This document shows positions 9,917-21,203 of a stretch of DNA of 64,000 nucleotides, piece after piece. Origin of the DNA: an uncultured Planctomycetota bacterium (lineage in GTDB: Bacteria > Planctomycetota > Planctomycetia > Isosphaerales > Isosphaeraceae); NCBI GenBank assembly GCA_963845755.1, contig CAWJTV010000025.1:224001-288000 (forward strand), in the 5' to 3' direction. The notes under the pieces are model-generated. The model did not search any database and was not told where the DNA came from. It saw only the letters and a list, made by a program, of their open reading frames with translations. The translations under genes were made by a program, and so were the position numbers. Numbering within the stretch: position 1 is the stretch's first letter; each line of letters starts with the position of its first letter.

Positions 9917-12900
9917 CTACTGCCCATCGCCGACCGACTGGCGATCGGCCGGAGTTGATGCCGGGGGAAGCGTCCGGACGATGCGGAAACCGGCATTCGG
10001 TAGTTGATCGAGGGCTCCCGCCCAATCTCGATGTGCGGCGCGGGACCGCTCCGGCGCGGAGCTGAACGATCCGCCTCGGAGCATGCGCCAGGTCTGGTCG
10101 CCCCGGGTCCCGAGGGCCATCTTCTGTGCGCGACCCGGGTCCGTGGCGGGGTGTTCCCGCGTTCCCATCGGGTAGGGCGGTTTAGGCACGCCGGGAAAGG
10201 ACCCGTCAGGACCATCATGGCACCACTCCCAGGCGTTCCCCATGGCGTCGAAGATTCCGAAGCTGTTCGGAAGGAGCAGGCCGGACATCCGGGCATGATT
10301 CTCCGAGTTCAACCATGTCCAGGCGTAACGGGACAGGAGGGCCTGAGATTCGCCGCAGTACCATGCCGTCTCGGTGCCGGCCCGGCAGAAGTACTCCCAT
10401 TCGGCCTCCGTCGGAAGGCGGAAGCCACACCGCTTCACGGCGTCTTCGGAGATGGACACGGACCCCTCGATCCTCTCGGGGTAGCACCACTGGCTCCGAT
10501 CGATCCCGGCCTGCTCGCTGAGCCAGTTGCAGTACCGTATGGCTTGAGACCAGGACACGTTCCGGGCGACGGGTTCCGCTGCGTCATCGGATGCGGGTTC
10601 CTGCGAGTGATTGCCGTCCAACGCTGCGCAATTGTTCCACGCTTACCTCCTTGGTACTCACGGCCAGCGATCGCTCGATCCGGCAATAGTGCAGGATCTC
10701 CTCATCGGGGTTGCGCCCGGCTCGTATTCGGGAGAGCCCATGCGGAATTCTAGCGGGGCGGGGAGGATGGCGAACGTGTGCTTATTTGGGCCAGGTTCCC
10801 ATCTCAGCCCATGCGGGGCGACGCGGGGCGACGTCAGGTGCTCTTCGCAGTCCGCGAGGTAGTGGGTCCCTCGCCATCGCCGGAGGAGGAGCTCGGCCGC
10901 GGAATGGACGCCGGGATGAGGGTCCTGGAGATAGAGGGTACGCGCGGCCTCGACGACCGCGGTCTCCGTGACGGCCGACAGGCCGAGCCGATGGGCCTCG
11001 GCCCAGGCGAGGAGGTGGGCCTGGCGCTCGATCGGGGCGACGTTGACACTCGTCAGCCGATCGAGCAGGATGTGCGCCGGCACCCTGCCGCCGGCGAGCC
11101 GCTGGATCAGCAGGGAGCGCAGTCGGGGGTCGGAGCTGGGGATCAGTAGCCGCCAGAGCGGTTCGGGCTCGCCCAGCGAGGCCAGGGTGATCCCGGCGAT
11201 GGCCAGGCGAGCTGCGACCGCATCCTTGTCCAACTCGACCTGCGGATCGTTGACGCGCTCGGCCAGGACCTCGTGGAGGAAACCGATCGCGCCGTCGATG
11301 TAACCGGCCTCCTGGGCGACGAGCAGCAGCGCAGCGGCGGGCGCCTGGATCGTCGGGTCACGGCTGGGATCGCAGCAGATCTCTCCGATGGGACGAGCCA
11401 GGAACCGGGCGGCTGGTCCGAGCATCTTGAACCAGAGAGGGTGGGTCTCTCGAGGTTCGGTCAGCAAGGCTTCCGCCAGCAGTGAGGCCGCGGCCGTGGC
11501 GTCGGGCCCCCGGTCGAAACCCGGCTCGATCGCCGACAGCACGCAGGCGGCGCGGAGCCGCGCGCCCGGCTCGGCGGAATCGTCGCGGAGCACCCGGTGG
11601 AACTCGACGATTCCGGCATGCTCCGGATGGGCCGCCAGCGCCCCGGAAAGCACCACGACCTCGGCGGGAGGGGCGGCCGTCAGCCGGGCGCGCAAGGCCG
11701 CGGCACGGTCCGGCGTCGGGCGATCGTGGTAGAGCAAGACCACGACAAGCTGCCGTTGCTGCGGATTCGTCTTCGCGTCATTCTCCAGGTCTTCGAGCTT
11801 CGGGCGAATGGCTTCACGATGACCGGCGAACTCGAGGAGGAGCTCCGGCACGTTGTTGTAGTGGGCTACCTGGACCCGGCCGAACCAGTCCTTGGCCCGC
11901 TCGTGATCGCGGGCGGCGCCGGCCCACAAACCCAGGGCCACCCCGATCAGGACGGCAGCCGCGGTTCTGATGAGATAATGCCGCGTCGCCGAGCGCATCA
12001 TCTTCTGCTCGTCCGCCGACCAGACGGAACGGCGGGCGAACCCGAGGATGCTCAGCCATTCGAGGAGGGAAGGGAGTCGGCGCGGCCCGGGCCGGTCGCG
12101 CCAGAACGCGGTGGTCTCCGCGAGCAGCAGCTCGGCCCGACCCCGACCCGTCTCCCGCTGCGTGCGGATCAACCACCGGCGAATCGGGGGCACGAGGTAA
12201 TCGTGCGTGAGCTGATAGTACGTCTCGCCGCGGGTCTCCTGGCGCAAGCGGCGGCGCGCCTCCGACTTCGACGGACGACCGGTCGACGGGGCTGACCATC
12301 CGTAGCTCGCTGTCGAGGATGGCGATCAGCTCGGCGAAGTCGTCGGGCCGGTCGGCATAGCCGGCCGATTCCCGCAGCGCGCTCGCCGGTTGTCGCCGCC
12401 CCTTGAGGTTGGATGAGGGATCGGGCAAGAGCCTCCTGAGCACGGCCTGGGCCGCGCGCTGATGCGTTCGATGGGACGGGGGGGCCGTGGACGCCGCGAA
12501 GGTTTCCTCCAGGAACATCACGCCGGTCCCCTCGAATCCGCCCAGGTCCTGGAGTGTCGCGGTGGACCAATCGCGGCGCCGGAAGGTCTCGGCGAAGAGG
12601 GTCAGGCGGACGGGGATGACCCGGCCGTCCGGCGCGGAGAGCCCGGCGACGGCCTTCTCGAGGAATCGGAGCGTGTTCCGGGCCGGCCTCGTCGGGGAAC
12701 CGTCCCAGGGCCCGGCCGATCTCGGCCAGCACATGCCGCGCGTGCTTGCGCGTCGAACTGCTCGACGGCCGCCGAATTGGTCCCTTCGACCGGCCGGCAC
12801 TTCCAGCGCGCGGAGGAACCGTGTGATGGCCATCCAGAAGTCGTCGCGCACCAGGAGCAGCGCCTGCAGGCCCAGGCCGTCGCAATGACGCAGGGCCCGG

Positions 12901-14724
12901 ACGAGGTCCCCGCCGGAGTCGGAGGGGTGGGCCTGGAGCCATTGTTCGAACTGGTCGAGGACGATCAGGACTTTCGAGCCGGGCCGGGCGGCCGCGCCCT
13001 CGCGGATGGCGGCGGCCGCCTCGGCGAGTCCGCAGCCCGCGGGCAGATCCCGGTACGCGCGGCGGAGGGCATTGAGGAGGTGCGCCTCGGTGTCGGTGGC
13101 GGAGGCTTCGACGTAGGCCGGACGGATGTGGGCCGCCAGGCTGCGGCAGGAGCCCGGCCTTGACGAAGGACGACTTGCCGCCGCCGGAGGGACCATAGAT
13201 CAAGCCCACGGCGAACGATCGCGCGGGGTCCGGCTCCTCGATCCGACGCTTCCAGGCGCCGATCGACTCCGGCAAGCCGTAGCGGTCCCGGGGTCCGGGG
13301 ACCAGGGTGATGAAGAAGTCGGCATCCTCGGCGTCGAAGGCGCGGAGCCCCTTCGGGACGATCCGCGGAGGCCCCAGGGCGGGGATCCGCAGGCTCGACG
13401 GCCCGGTTGAGTCCGAAGTCTCTCCGGCGGCCGACGGACCCAGCGTCGCAAGCCAGTTCCGCAGGTCGTCGGCCAGCTCCGCGGCTGTCTCGTAGCGATC
13501 GTCCATCCGCTTCGACAGGCACTTCAGACAGATCCGCTCCAGCTCGTGGGGGATCGCCTTGTCAATCTGGCGGGGCGGCTTCGGGTCATTCTCGAGGATC
13601 TGCGCGGAAGATCGCCTCGCGGTCCCGCCGCGGGGAACGGGAGCCGGCGGGCCAGGCCCAGGTAGAGGATCACGCCCATCGCCCAGATGTCGGTCCGCGA
13701 CGTCGAGGCGATGCGTCTCGCCCCGGACCTGCTCGGGGGCCATGTAGGACGGCGTGCCGGCGATCTCGCCGGCCCGGAGCCGCTGCAAGTCCTCGCGGAC
13801 CGCCAGTCCGAAGTCGGCGATGTGGGGCTGGCCCTGACCGTCGATCAGGATGTTCGAAGGCTTCAAGTCGCGGTGGACCAACCCGGCCCGGTGGGCGTGG
13901 TGGGCGGCCTCGGCGATGTGGACCATCAGTCCCGCGACCCGCGCGGGGGAAAACCGGGCGGCCCGGAACACCTCGGACAGGTTCCGACCCTCGATGTACT
14001 CGAAGACGACGAAGGGTTCACCCTCCTCGTCGCCATGACTCCCGACGTCGTAGACCTGCACGATCGCCGGATGCTTCAGCCCCGCGGCAATGCGGGCTTC
14101 GGCCTGGAATCGCTCGACCTGACCGGGCGATCGGAACAGCTCCGGATGTGGGACCTTGATCGCCACGAACCGCACGAGCTTGTCGTCGCGAGCGAGGTAC
14201 ACGTTGCCAAATCCACCCCAGCCCAGCAGCTTCAGCACCGGGTAGCGGCCGAACCGTTCCGGAAGCGGCTCGGCGGGCTTGGCCCGTTGCCGATCGCGGG
14301 ATCTCCCCTCGCCGGTTAGGGTCGCCAGGGATGCGGGAGACGAACTGGACGATCCGGTCTGGGTGGAATTCGAGGGATGCGCGTGGCCCGTTGGGGGGGG
14401 CATCGCCGTCCCTTCGGATTCCGACGGTTCCCATGAAAAGACGTCCGCGACGGCCGAGGCCCACTCCGGGCATCGATCGAGGTAATCCTCCGGCGCGGGG
14501 ACCTCACCGGCCGCCGTTCTCAGCTCGACCTCGATGGCAATCAGGTCGCGGAGCAGGCGGCCCCGCAGCGCCGGCTCAATCCGATCGACGTAGTCCTCGA
14601 TCCTCGGAGGTGGGCCCTCCCCCATCCTCCCGGCGGTTTCGAATTCCTCGCAGATTGCAACGATGCGAGTCAGCGCATCGGCATCCAACGACTCGACAGT
14701 GGCGGATTCTTCATCGTGCGACAC
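9917..14724 (-). CDS. Ser/Thr protein kinase - STAND-like P-loop NTPase - helical repeat - FGE/SUMF1 domain protein (several frameshifts)
   Basis: Kinase GWGGFG, VAIK, HRDLKPSN, DFG, YMAPEQ; GPSGGGKSS Walker A and LIVLDQFEQW Walker B; FGE motifs FRLPTEAEWE, GNAWEW, RGGSF, GFRIVR. Confidence 0.85.
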
Positions 14725-14848
14725 GTCTTTCGACCCTCTTCTGGCCCTTCTCCGCGTCGAACGTCAGTTGATCGCCGTCGTGGCATCCCGGTATCAGCCT
14801 CCCTCGGCAGCGCCGGCTCTGGTTGCACCAGCATAACGGCCCGAGTCC

Positions 14849-16095
14849 TCAGAAGCGATGGTCTCGCGCCCGGAGGCAGCTCGACATCCCGCAGGGCCTT
14901 CTTCGCCGCACGATAGCCCGGGTCGCGATGAATCGCCTCGCGGAAGCACTCGGCCGCCTCTTCGAAGCGTTCCTGGGTGCGCAGCACGAATCCCAGATTC
15001 AGGAACGCCTCGTCGAGGCAACCCTCATAGCAGGTCTCGGTCGCCTTCCGGTGGACGTCCTCCGCTTCCCTCGGGCGCCCCTGAAGGGCAAGGATGCCTC
15101 CCAGGTAGATATAGCCCTGGGTGTCTGTCGGCGCAGCCTCGATCGCTTTCCTGAACCATTCGGCCGCCCGCTCGTAGTCGCCCCGCAACTTGTCGAGGCG
15201 GCCCAGCGTGCACAGAGGGAAATGCCGCCTCTCTTCGGGGCAGAGCCGCAGTGCATTCGACGTGGCTTCCTCGGCCTCGTCGTAGCGCCGCCAGGTCGAT
15301 GAGAGAATTAGCCAGCAGGTACCACGCGTATCCATGGTCGGGATACCTCTTGAGATATCGCCGCGCCCGGAGGATCATCAGCGCCGGCAACCCGGCCTGT
15401 TCCACGACTTTCAATCGCGCGAATCGCGCCTGCCGCAATTCGTCCTCGTCCATCGTTGTTAACTCCATGGGAGCATGAAGTCCCGCGTCCTCAGCAGCGC
15501 GGCTCTCCCGGTCGAGGCATCGCTCGACATCCCGTAGAGCCCTTCGCGCCGAACGATACTCCGGGTTGCGATGAAGCGCCTCGCGAAAGTACTCGGCCGC
15601 CTCTTCGAAACGTTCCTGCGCGAGAAAGCCAAGCCCGACGTTCAAGAACGCCTCGTCGAGACAACCTTCGGTGCAGGTCTCGGTCGCTTGTCGGTAGACG
15701 ACCTCGGCCTCGCGCTGGTGTTGCTGATAGGTAAGGATGATCCCGAGATAGATATAACCCGAGGTCTCTCTTGGTTGAGCCGCGATCGTCTTATGGTACC
15801 ACTCGGCCGCTCGCTCGAGTTCGCCGCGCGTACGGTGGAGGTGACCGATGTAGATCGAAGGAAGACGCCGTTTGTCTCCAGGGCAGCGTTGGAGGGCCTG
15901 GGTCAAGGCGTCTTCGGACTCGTCGAAGCGATAGAGCTCGATCAGGGCATTACCCAGCCACACCCAAACGGGCCAATGAGCGGGATAGTCGGTGAGATAG
16001 CGACGCGCGAGGAAAACGGTCACGGCCGGTAGGCCGCCCTTGTACGTGGATTTCAGACGCGAGAATCGTGCCTTCTGCGAGTCCGCCTCCTTCAT
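14849..16095 (-). CDS. Tetratricopeptide-repeat protein with an internal tandem duplication (frameshifts near 15290 and 14880)
   Basis: Two homologous halves, each ARF.RLK..GLPA..ARRYL..YP.H, GYIYLG, C.EGCLDEAFLN.G, QERFEEAAE.FREA..R.P.YR.A..ALRDVE. Confidence 0.8.
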
Positions 16096-16446
16096 CGTCG
16101 TTGACTCCGCGATCCCCGATAGATCTCTCGCACGGCCCTGCAAGGACAGAGCCGAACGGCCGGTGTCGGGTTCGTTTGCGTGTGCGCTCGTCCCGGGTAG
16201 TGGTGACAAACGGATCGGATCGGTCATGCCCGATGCCCCGACTCTGGGTTAGATCGGAACGACGAGACTTATTCTTACTGACCTGCGAGTCGGAAAACCA
16301 CTGACAAAGAAGCAGGAAGGGTCCTGTCCGGCAGGCCGGTCTGGTACGATGGAATCCCGGTTGACGCGGAAGACCCGCAGGCCGCTTCTTTATCGCGATC
16401 GATGCATCCTTGTTTCACTCACCGTATAGTCGAGGGGTCAGCGAAA

Positions 16447-19400
16447 ATGGAATCAGGGCGGGGCCATCTCATCGGATGGATCGGAATTGGCACGATCGCG
16501 ATGTCCGTCATGGCGCTTGGTCTGGGTGGACCTGCGGCCGAGCCTGGGGCGCCGCCTGAGGCAACGGCCGTTGTGCCGAAATCGCCCGTCCCACCGCCGG
16601 AGGCTTCCAAACAGATCACGGTGCCGAAGGGCTTCCACGTGACCCTCTGCGCCGCCGAGCCCGATGTGGTCCAGCCGATCGCCATGACGTTCGATCACCG
16701 GGGCCGGCTCTGGGTCGTCGAGAATTACTCGTATCCCATCTGGCTGGGCGGGCCGCACGGCAAGGACCGCATCCTCATCTTCGAGGACGTCGACGGCGAC
16801 GGCCGATTCGATCGGCGGACGGTATTCGCCGACGGCGGGACCAATTACACCGGCATCGAGCTGGGTTTCGGCGGGGTCTGGGTGTGCGCCACGCCCAACC
16901 TGATCTTCATCCCCGATCGCGACGGCGACGACCGCCCGGACGGCGCGCCGATCGTCAAGCTCGACGGCTGGGATATCAAGTCTCAGCATAACATGTTCAA
17001 TGCCCTGCGATGGGGACCGGATGGCTGGCTCTGGGGCTGTAACGGCATCCTGGGCAGCTCGATGGTCGGTAAGCCGGGGACGCCGTCCGAGAAGCGGACG
17101 CCGATGAATTGCGGCGTCTGGCGATATCACCCCACCCGCGAGGTCTTCGAGATCGTGGCAAACGGCACGACCAATCCCTGGGGACTCGACTTCGACGATT
17201 ACGGCGAGGCGTTCATTACCAACTGCGTCATCGCCCATCTCTTCCGAGTGATCCCCGGGCGCACTTTGAGCGCATGTACGGCAATGACTTCAACCCGTTC
17301 CTTTATGAATTGATGGCCTCTTGTGCCGATCACCTGCACTGGGCCGGCGGGCGCTGGCAGGACTCGCGCTCCGGTGAGCAGCATGCCGTGCTCGGCGGCG
17401 GGCACGCCCACGTGGGGGGCATGATCTACCTGGGCGACAACTGGCCCGAGATGTACCGCAACACGCTGTTCACCTGCAACATTCACGGACACCGCGTGAA
17501 CAACGATCGGCTCGACCGTAGCGATGAGGGATATCAAATCGTCGCGCGACACAATCCCGACTTCCTCTCGTCGGCCGATCCCTGGTTCCGCGGGTTGGAG
17601 CTGAAGTACGGGCCGGATGGCGGCGTGTATCTTACCGACTGGTCGGATATCGGAGAGTGCCACGAGACCGACTCCGACAACGCGCATCGCGAGAACGGGC
17701 GGATCTTCAAGATCACTTATGGCGATGTCAAGCCCATGACGGTCGACCTGGGCCGCCAGACCGACGAGGAGTTGGCGCGGCTCCAGCTCCATCCCAATGA
17801 GTGGTATGTCCGCATGGCGCGACGGTTGCTCCAGGAGCGCGCGGTCGCGGGCAAGGACATGGCCGCCGTGCATCGGGCGCTGCGCGAGATCCTGACGACC
17901 CATCCCGACGAGCGGCGCCAGCTTCGGGCGATCTGGGCGCTGAATGCCACGGGAGGGCTGGATGAGAAGGGCCGGCTGGCGCTGCTGGACAATCCCAGCG
18001 CTCAGGTCCGGGCGTGGGGTGTCCGATTGCTCGTAGACGATGGGGTACCTTCGACGGCGACAGCCGACCGGCTCGGCGAGATGGCGGGGGTTTCGACGTC
18101 GAACCACGGCCGGTCGGCCGAGCGGGGCGCGGTGGTGCGACTCGCGCTGGCCTCCGCGCTCCAGCGCGTCCCCCTCGCGGACCGATGGCCGATCGCCGAA
18201 GCACTGGCGAAGGATGGCGCGTACGCGACGTCGCGCGAACACACGCTCCTGCTCTGGTACGGCCTGGAGCCGCTGGTGTCTGGCGATGGCGCGCGGTCGG
18301 TCAAGCTGATCGAACGATGTCCGAGCCTGCTCCTTTGCCGGTTCGTTGCGCGGCGGCTAATCGACGCAGATGCCGAGGCCGGGCTGGCGGCCCTGATGCC
18401 GGCGCTGCGGGGCCGGCCGCAATCCTACCCGTCGTTCCACCGGGATGTCCTCGACGGCATCCTCGAAGCCTGTCAGGGCCGGAAACTGCGCCGGGATGCC
18501 GGCGGGCTGGCGCCTGCGTTCGCTTGGCTGACGGAGCGGGGCGACCCGGACGTCCGGGCGAAGGCCGCCGCGCTCGGGCTGCTGTTCGGCGATCCCAAGG
18601 CCGAGATCGGTCTTCGGGCGGTCGTCGAGGACCGCGCGGGATCGACGAGCGCCCGGCAATTCGCACTCCAGAATCTGGTCGATCGTCGAGTGGCCGAGCT
18701 GGTTCCGGTCCTCCTCCGGCTACTGGACGACCCGGCGCTCCGGGCGCCCGCGATCCGTGGCCTGGCCGCCTACAACGACCCGGCGACGGCGGAATCGATC
18801 CTCCGCCGATATCCCGCCCTCACGCCCGCCGAGCGCGACGACGCGATCGCCACGATGGCGTCGCGACCCGCCTGGGCGCTGGCTTTGCTGGAAGCCATCG
18901 GCAAGGGAACCGTTGCCCGCCGTGACCTGAATTCCACCGTCGCCCGGCAGATCCTGGCGTTCCGAACACCGAAGCTGACAACGTCCCTCGAACGGGCCTG
19001 GGGCACGCTCCGGCCAACTGCCGGGAACAAGGCCCCGTTGATCGCCAAGTACAAGACGATCCTGGCGTCTCCCGACCTGCCGGCCCCCGACCCGGATCGG
19101 GGCCGCGCCCTGTTCGGTCGGATCTGCGCCCAGTGTCACCGCCTGTTCGATCAGGGGGGCGATGTGGGGCCCGATCTGACCGGATCCGACCGCGCCAATC
19201 CCGACTATATCCTCGAGAACGTGCTGGACCCCAGCGCCAGCGTGGGGCGGGATTACACGCTCACCACGGTCGCGACCCACGACGGCCGGCTCGTTTCCGG
19301 GATCCTCCGCGAGCAAACACCCAACGCCCTCGTGATCCAGACCCCCTCGGAACGGCTCACCTTGCCCCGCGACGATGTCGAGGCGATCAAGGGCTCCACG

Positions 19401-19517
19401 ATCTCCATGATGCCGGAAGGGCAGCTCGATCCGCTCACGTCACAAGAGGTCCGCGACCTGTTCGCCTACCTGGCGACCAATCGGCCTGTTCGGACAACAG
19501 CCAACCCGTCGCCCTGA
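16447..19517 (+). CDS. PVC-type membrane-bound dehydrogenase / heme c-binding protein (frameshift near 17260)
   Basis: AAEPDVVQPIAMTFD.RGRLWV, WGPDGWL, GPDGGVY..DW, HEAT-like repeats, C-terminal CAQCH..GPDLTG..ILENVLDPS..SMMPEG. Confidence 0.9.
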
Positions 19518-19786
19518 AAGCAGAAGTGAGCGGCAACTAGGCTTCGCTTCCCAACTCCTTCACCGGCCGCAAAAGCCGTCGATGGCGCCTCTCGGCCGAC
19601 TTTGCCAGCCTCGACAGTAGCCAACCGTACACGTGACGGACGGTGGGCCACGTTGCAAAGTTCCTTGGACCCCAATATTATACCCGAAGCTCGACCGACC
19701 GGTCCGCGACCGCCTCCGCGAGCGGGACTAGAACCAGGCCATCCAAACCCACCCCTACCTCTTCATTCTCATTTTGTGATGACACG

Positions 19787-21130
19787 ATGCATACAACTAT
19801 CGATCTACGCATCACGCTCGTCTTAGGTCTTACTCTGATGTCAGCCGTGCCCCCGGCCGGCGCGACGGCGGGCTTCGGCCAGGCCGATGACGCCGCGGGT
19901 GCGCGCGTCCTGACGGGCCACGAGGCCCTCGGCGACTGGACGACCGACGCTCCCGGTCTCCGCCGCCGGATCACGCTCGAAGACCTGGCCACGCCCTACG
20001 AGACACCCTCGGCCAACAATTTCCCCAGGCCCGCACGCCGTCCCGAGGGCGCAATGCCAATGGCGCCGAAGGGCTTTCAGGTCACCGAATTCGTCGGCGG
20101 CCTGAGCAATCCCCGGAAGATCGTGACCGCTCCCAACGGCGATATCTTCTTCGCCGAGAGCATGCCCGGCCGCATCAAGATGCTGCGCGACGCCGACGGA
20201 GATGGAAAGCCCGAGGTAGCCAGTGTCTATGCCAGCGGGCTCAGCCGTCCGTTCGGGATCGCGTTCTATCCGCTCGGACCGAAACCGGATTACGTGTATG
20301 TCGGCAATACCGACTCGGTCGTCCGCTTCCCTTACAAGGATGGCGATACCAAGGCCACGGGTCAGCCCGAGATGATCGTCAAGAATATCCCGAGCGGCCG
20401 CGAGCGCGTCGGCGGCGGCGGCCACTGGACCCGCGACCTGGAATTCTCGAAGGACGGCAAGATTCTCTTCGTGTCCGTCGGTTCCCGGTCGAATGTCAGC
20501 GACGACGCCAGTGAGCGGCGCCGAGCGGATATTCTGGCTTTCGATCCCGACGGCAAGAATGAACGGATCTACGCCTATGGCATTCGCAATGCGGTCGGCC
20601 TGGCGATCCACCCCGAGACCGGCCAGCTCTGGGCGTCCGTCAACGAACGCGACCTGCTGGGAGACCACCTGGTCCCCGACTACGTGACCCACGTCGAGGA
20701 GGGCGGCTTTTACGGCTGGCCCTGGTATTACCTGGGGGCACACCAGGATCCCCGTCACGAGGGGAAGCACCCCGAGCTGAAGGAGAAGGTGATCGTCCCG
20801 GACGTGCTGGTCCAGTCGCACTCCGCATCGCTGTGCATGACCTTCTATACCGGGACCTCGTTCCCCAAGGAGTATCACCTCGACGCGTTCGCCGCCGAGC
20901 ACGGTTCCTGGAACCGCGCCCGTCGCACGGGGTACAAGGTCATCCGCATCCCGATGAAGGACGGCAAGGCGACCGGCGAATACGAAGACTTCCTGGTCGG
21001 ATTCGTCACCAAGGAAGGGAATGTCTGGGGGCGACCCGTCGGTGTCACCGTGGCCAGGGACGGCGCCTTGCTGGTTACCGACGACGGCTCGAATATCATC
21101 TGGCGCGTCAGCGCCGTTCCGGCGAAGTAG
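19787..21130 (+). CDS. Sorbosone/glucose dehydrogenase-family beta-propeller protein
   Basis: Signal peptide; GHWTRD, SVGSRSN, GIRNAVG, VNERD.LGD.LVPDY, HGSWNR, GRPVGV. Confidence 0.9.
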   Translation: MHTTIDLRITLVLGLTLMSAVPPAGATAGFGQADDAAGARVLTGHEALGDWTTDAPGLRRRITLEDLATPYETPSANNFPRPARRPEGAMPMAPKGFQVTEFVGGLSNPRKIVTAPNGDIFFAESMPGRIKMLRDADGDGKPEVASVYASGLSRPFGIAFYPLGPKPDYVYVGNTDSVVRFPYKDGDTKATGQPEMIVKNIPSGRERVGGGGHWTRDLEFSKDGKILFVSVGSRSNVSDDASERRRADILAFDPDGKNERIYAYGIRNAVGLAIHPETGQLWASVNERDLLGDHLVPDYVTHVEEGGFYGWPWYYLGAHQDPRHEGKHPELKEKVIVPDVLVQSHSASLCMTFYTGTSFPKEYHLDAFAAEHGSWNRARRTGYKVIRIPMKDGKATGEYEDFLVGFVTKEGNVWGRPVGVTVARDGALLVTDDGSNIIWRVSAVPAK

Positions 21131-21149
21131 GTCGGGATCGCCCAGAAGC

Positions 21150-21178
21150 CCCGGGCGGCGGATTTGCCGCCGCCCGGG
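21150..21178. terminator. GC-rich hairpin between convergent genes
   Basis: CCCGGGCGGCGG-ATTTG-CCGCCGCCCGGG, perfect 12 bp stem. Confidence 0.6.
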
Positions 21179-21203
21179 ACGAGGCCGCTTCAACATCTCG
21201 GGA

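Noticed and set aside
9917..10200. Diversity-generating retroelement target in the FGE domain
   Set aside because: No template repeat or reverse transcriptase seen in the window
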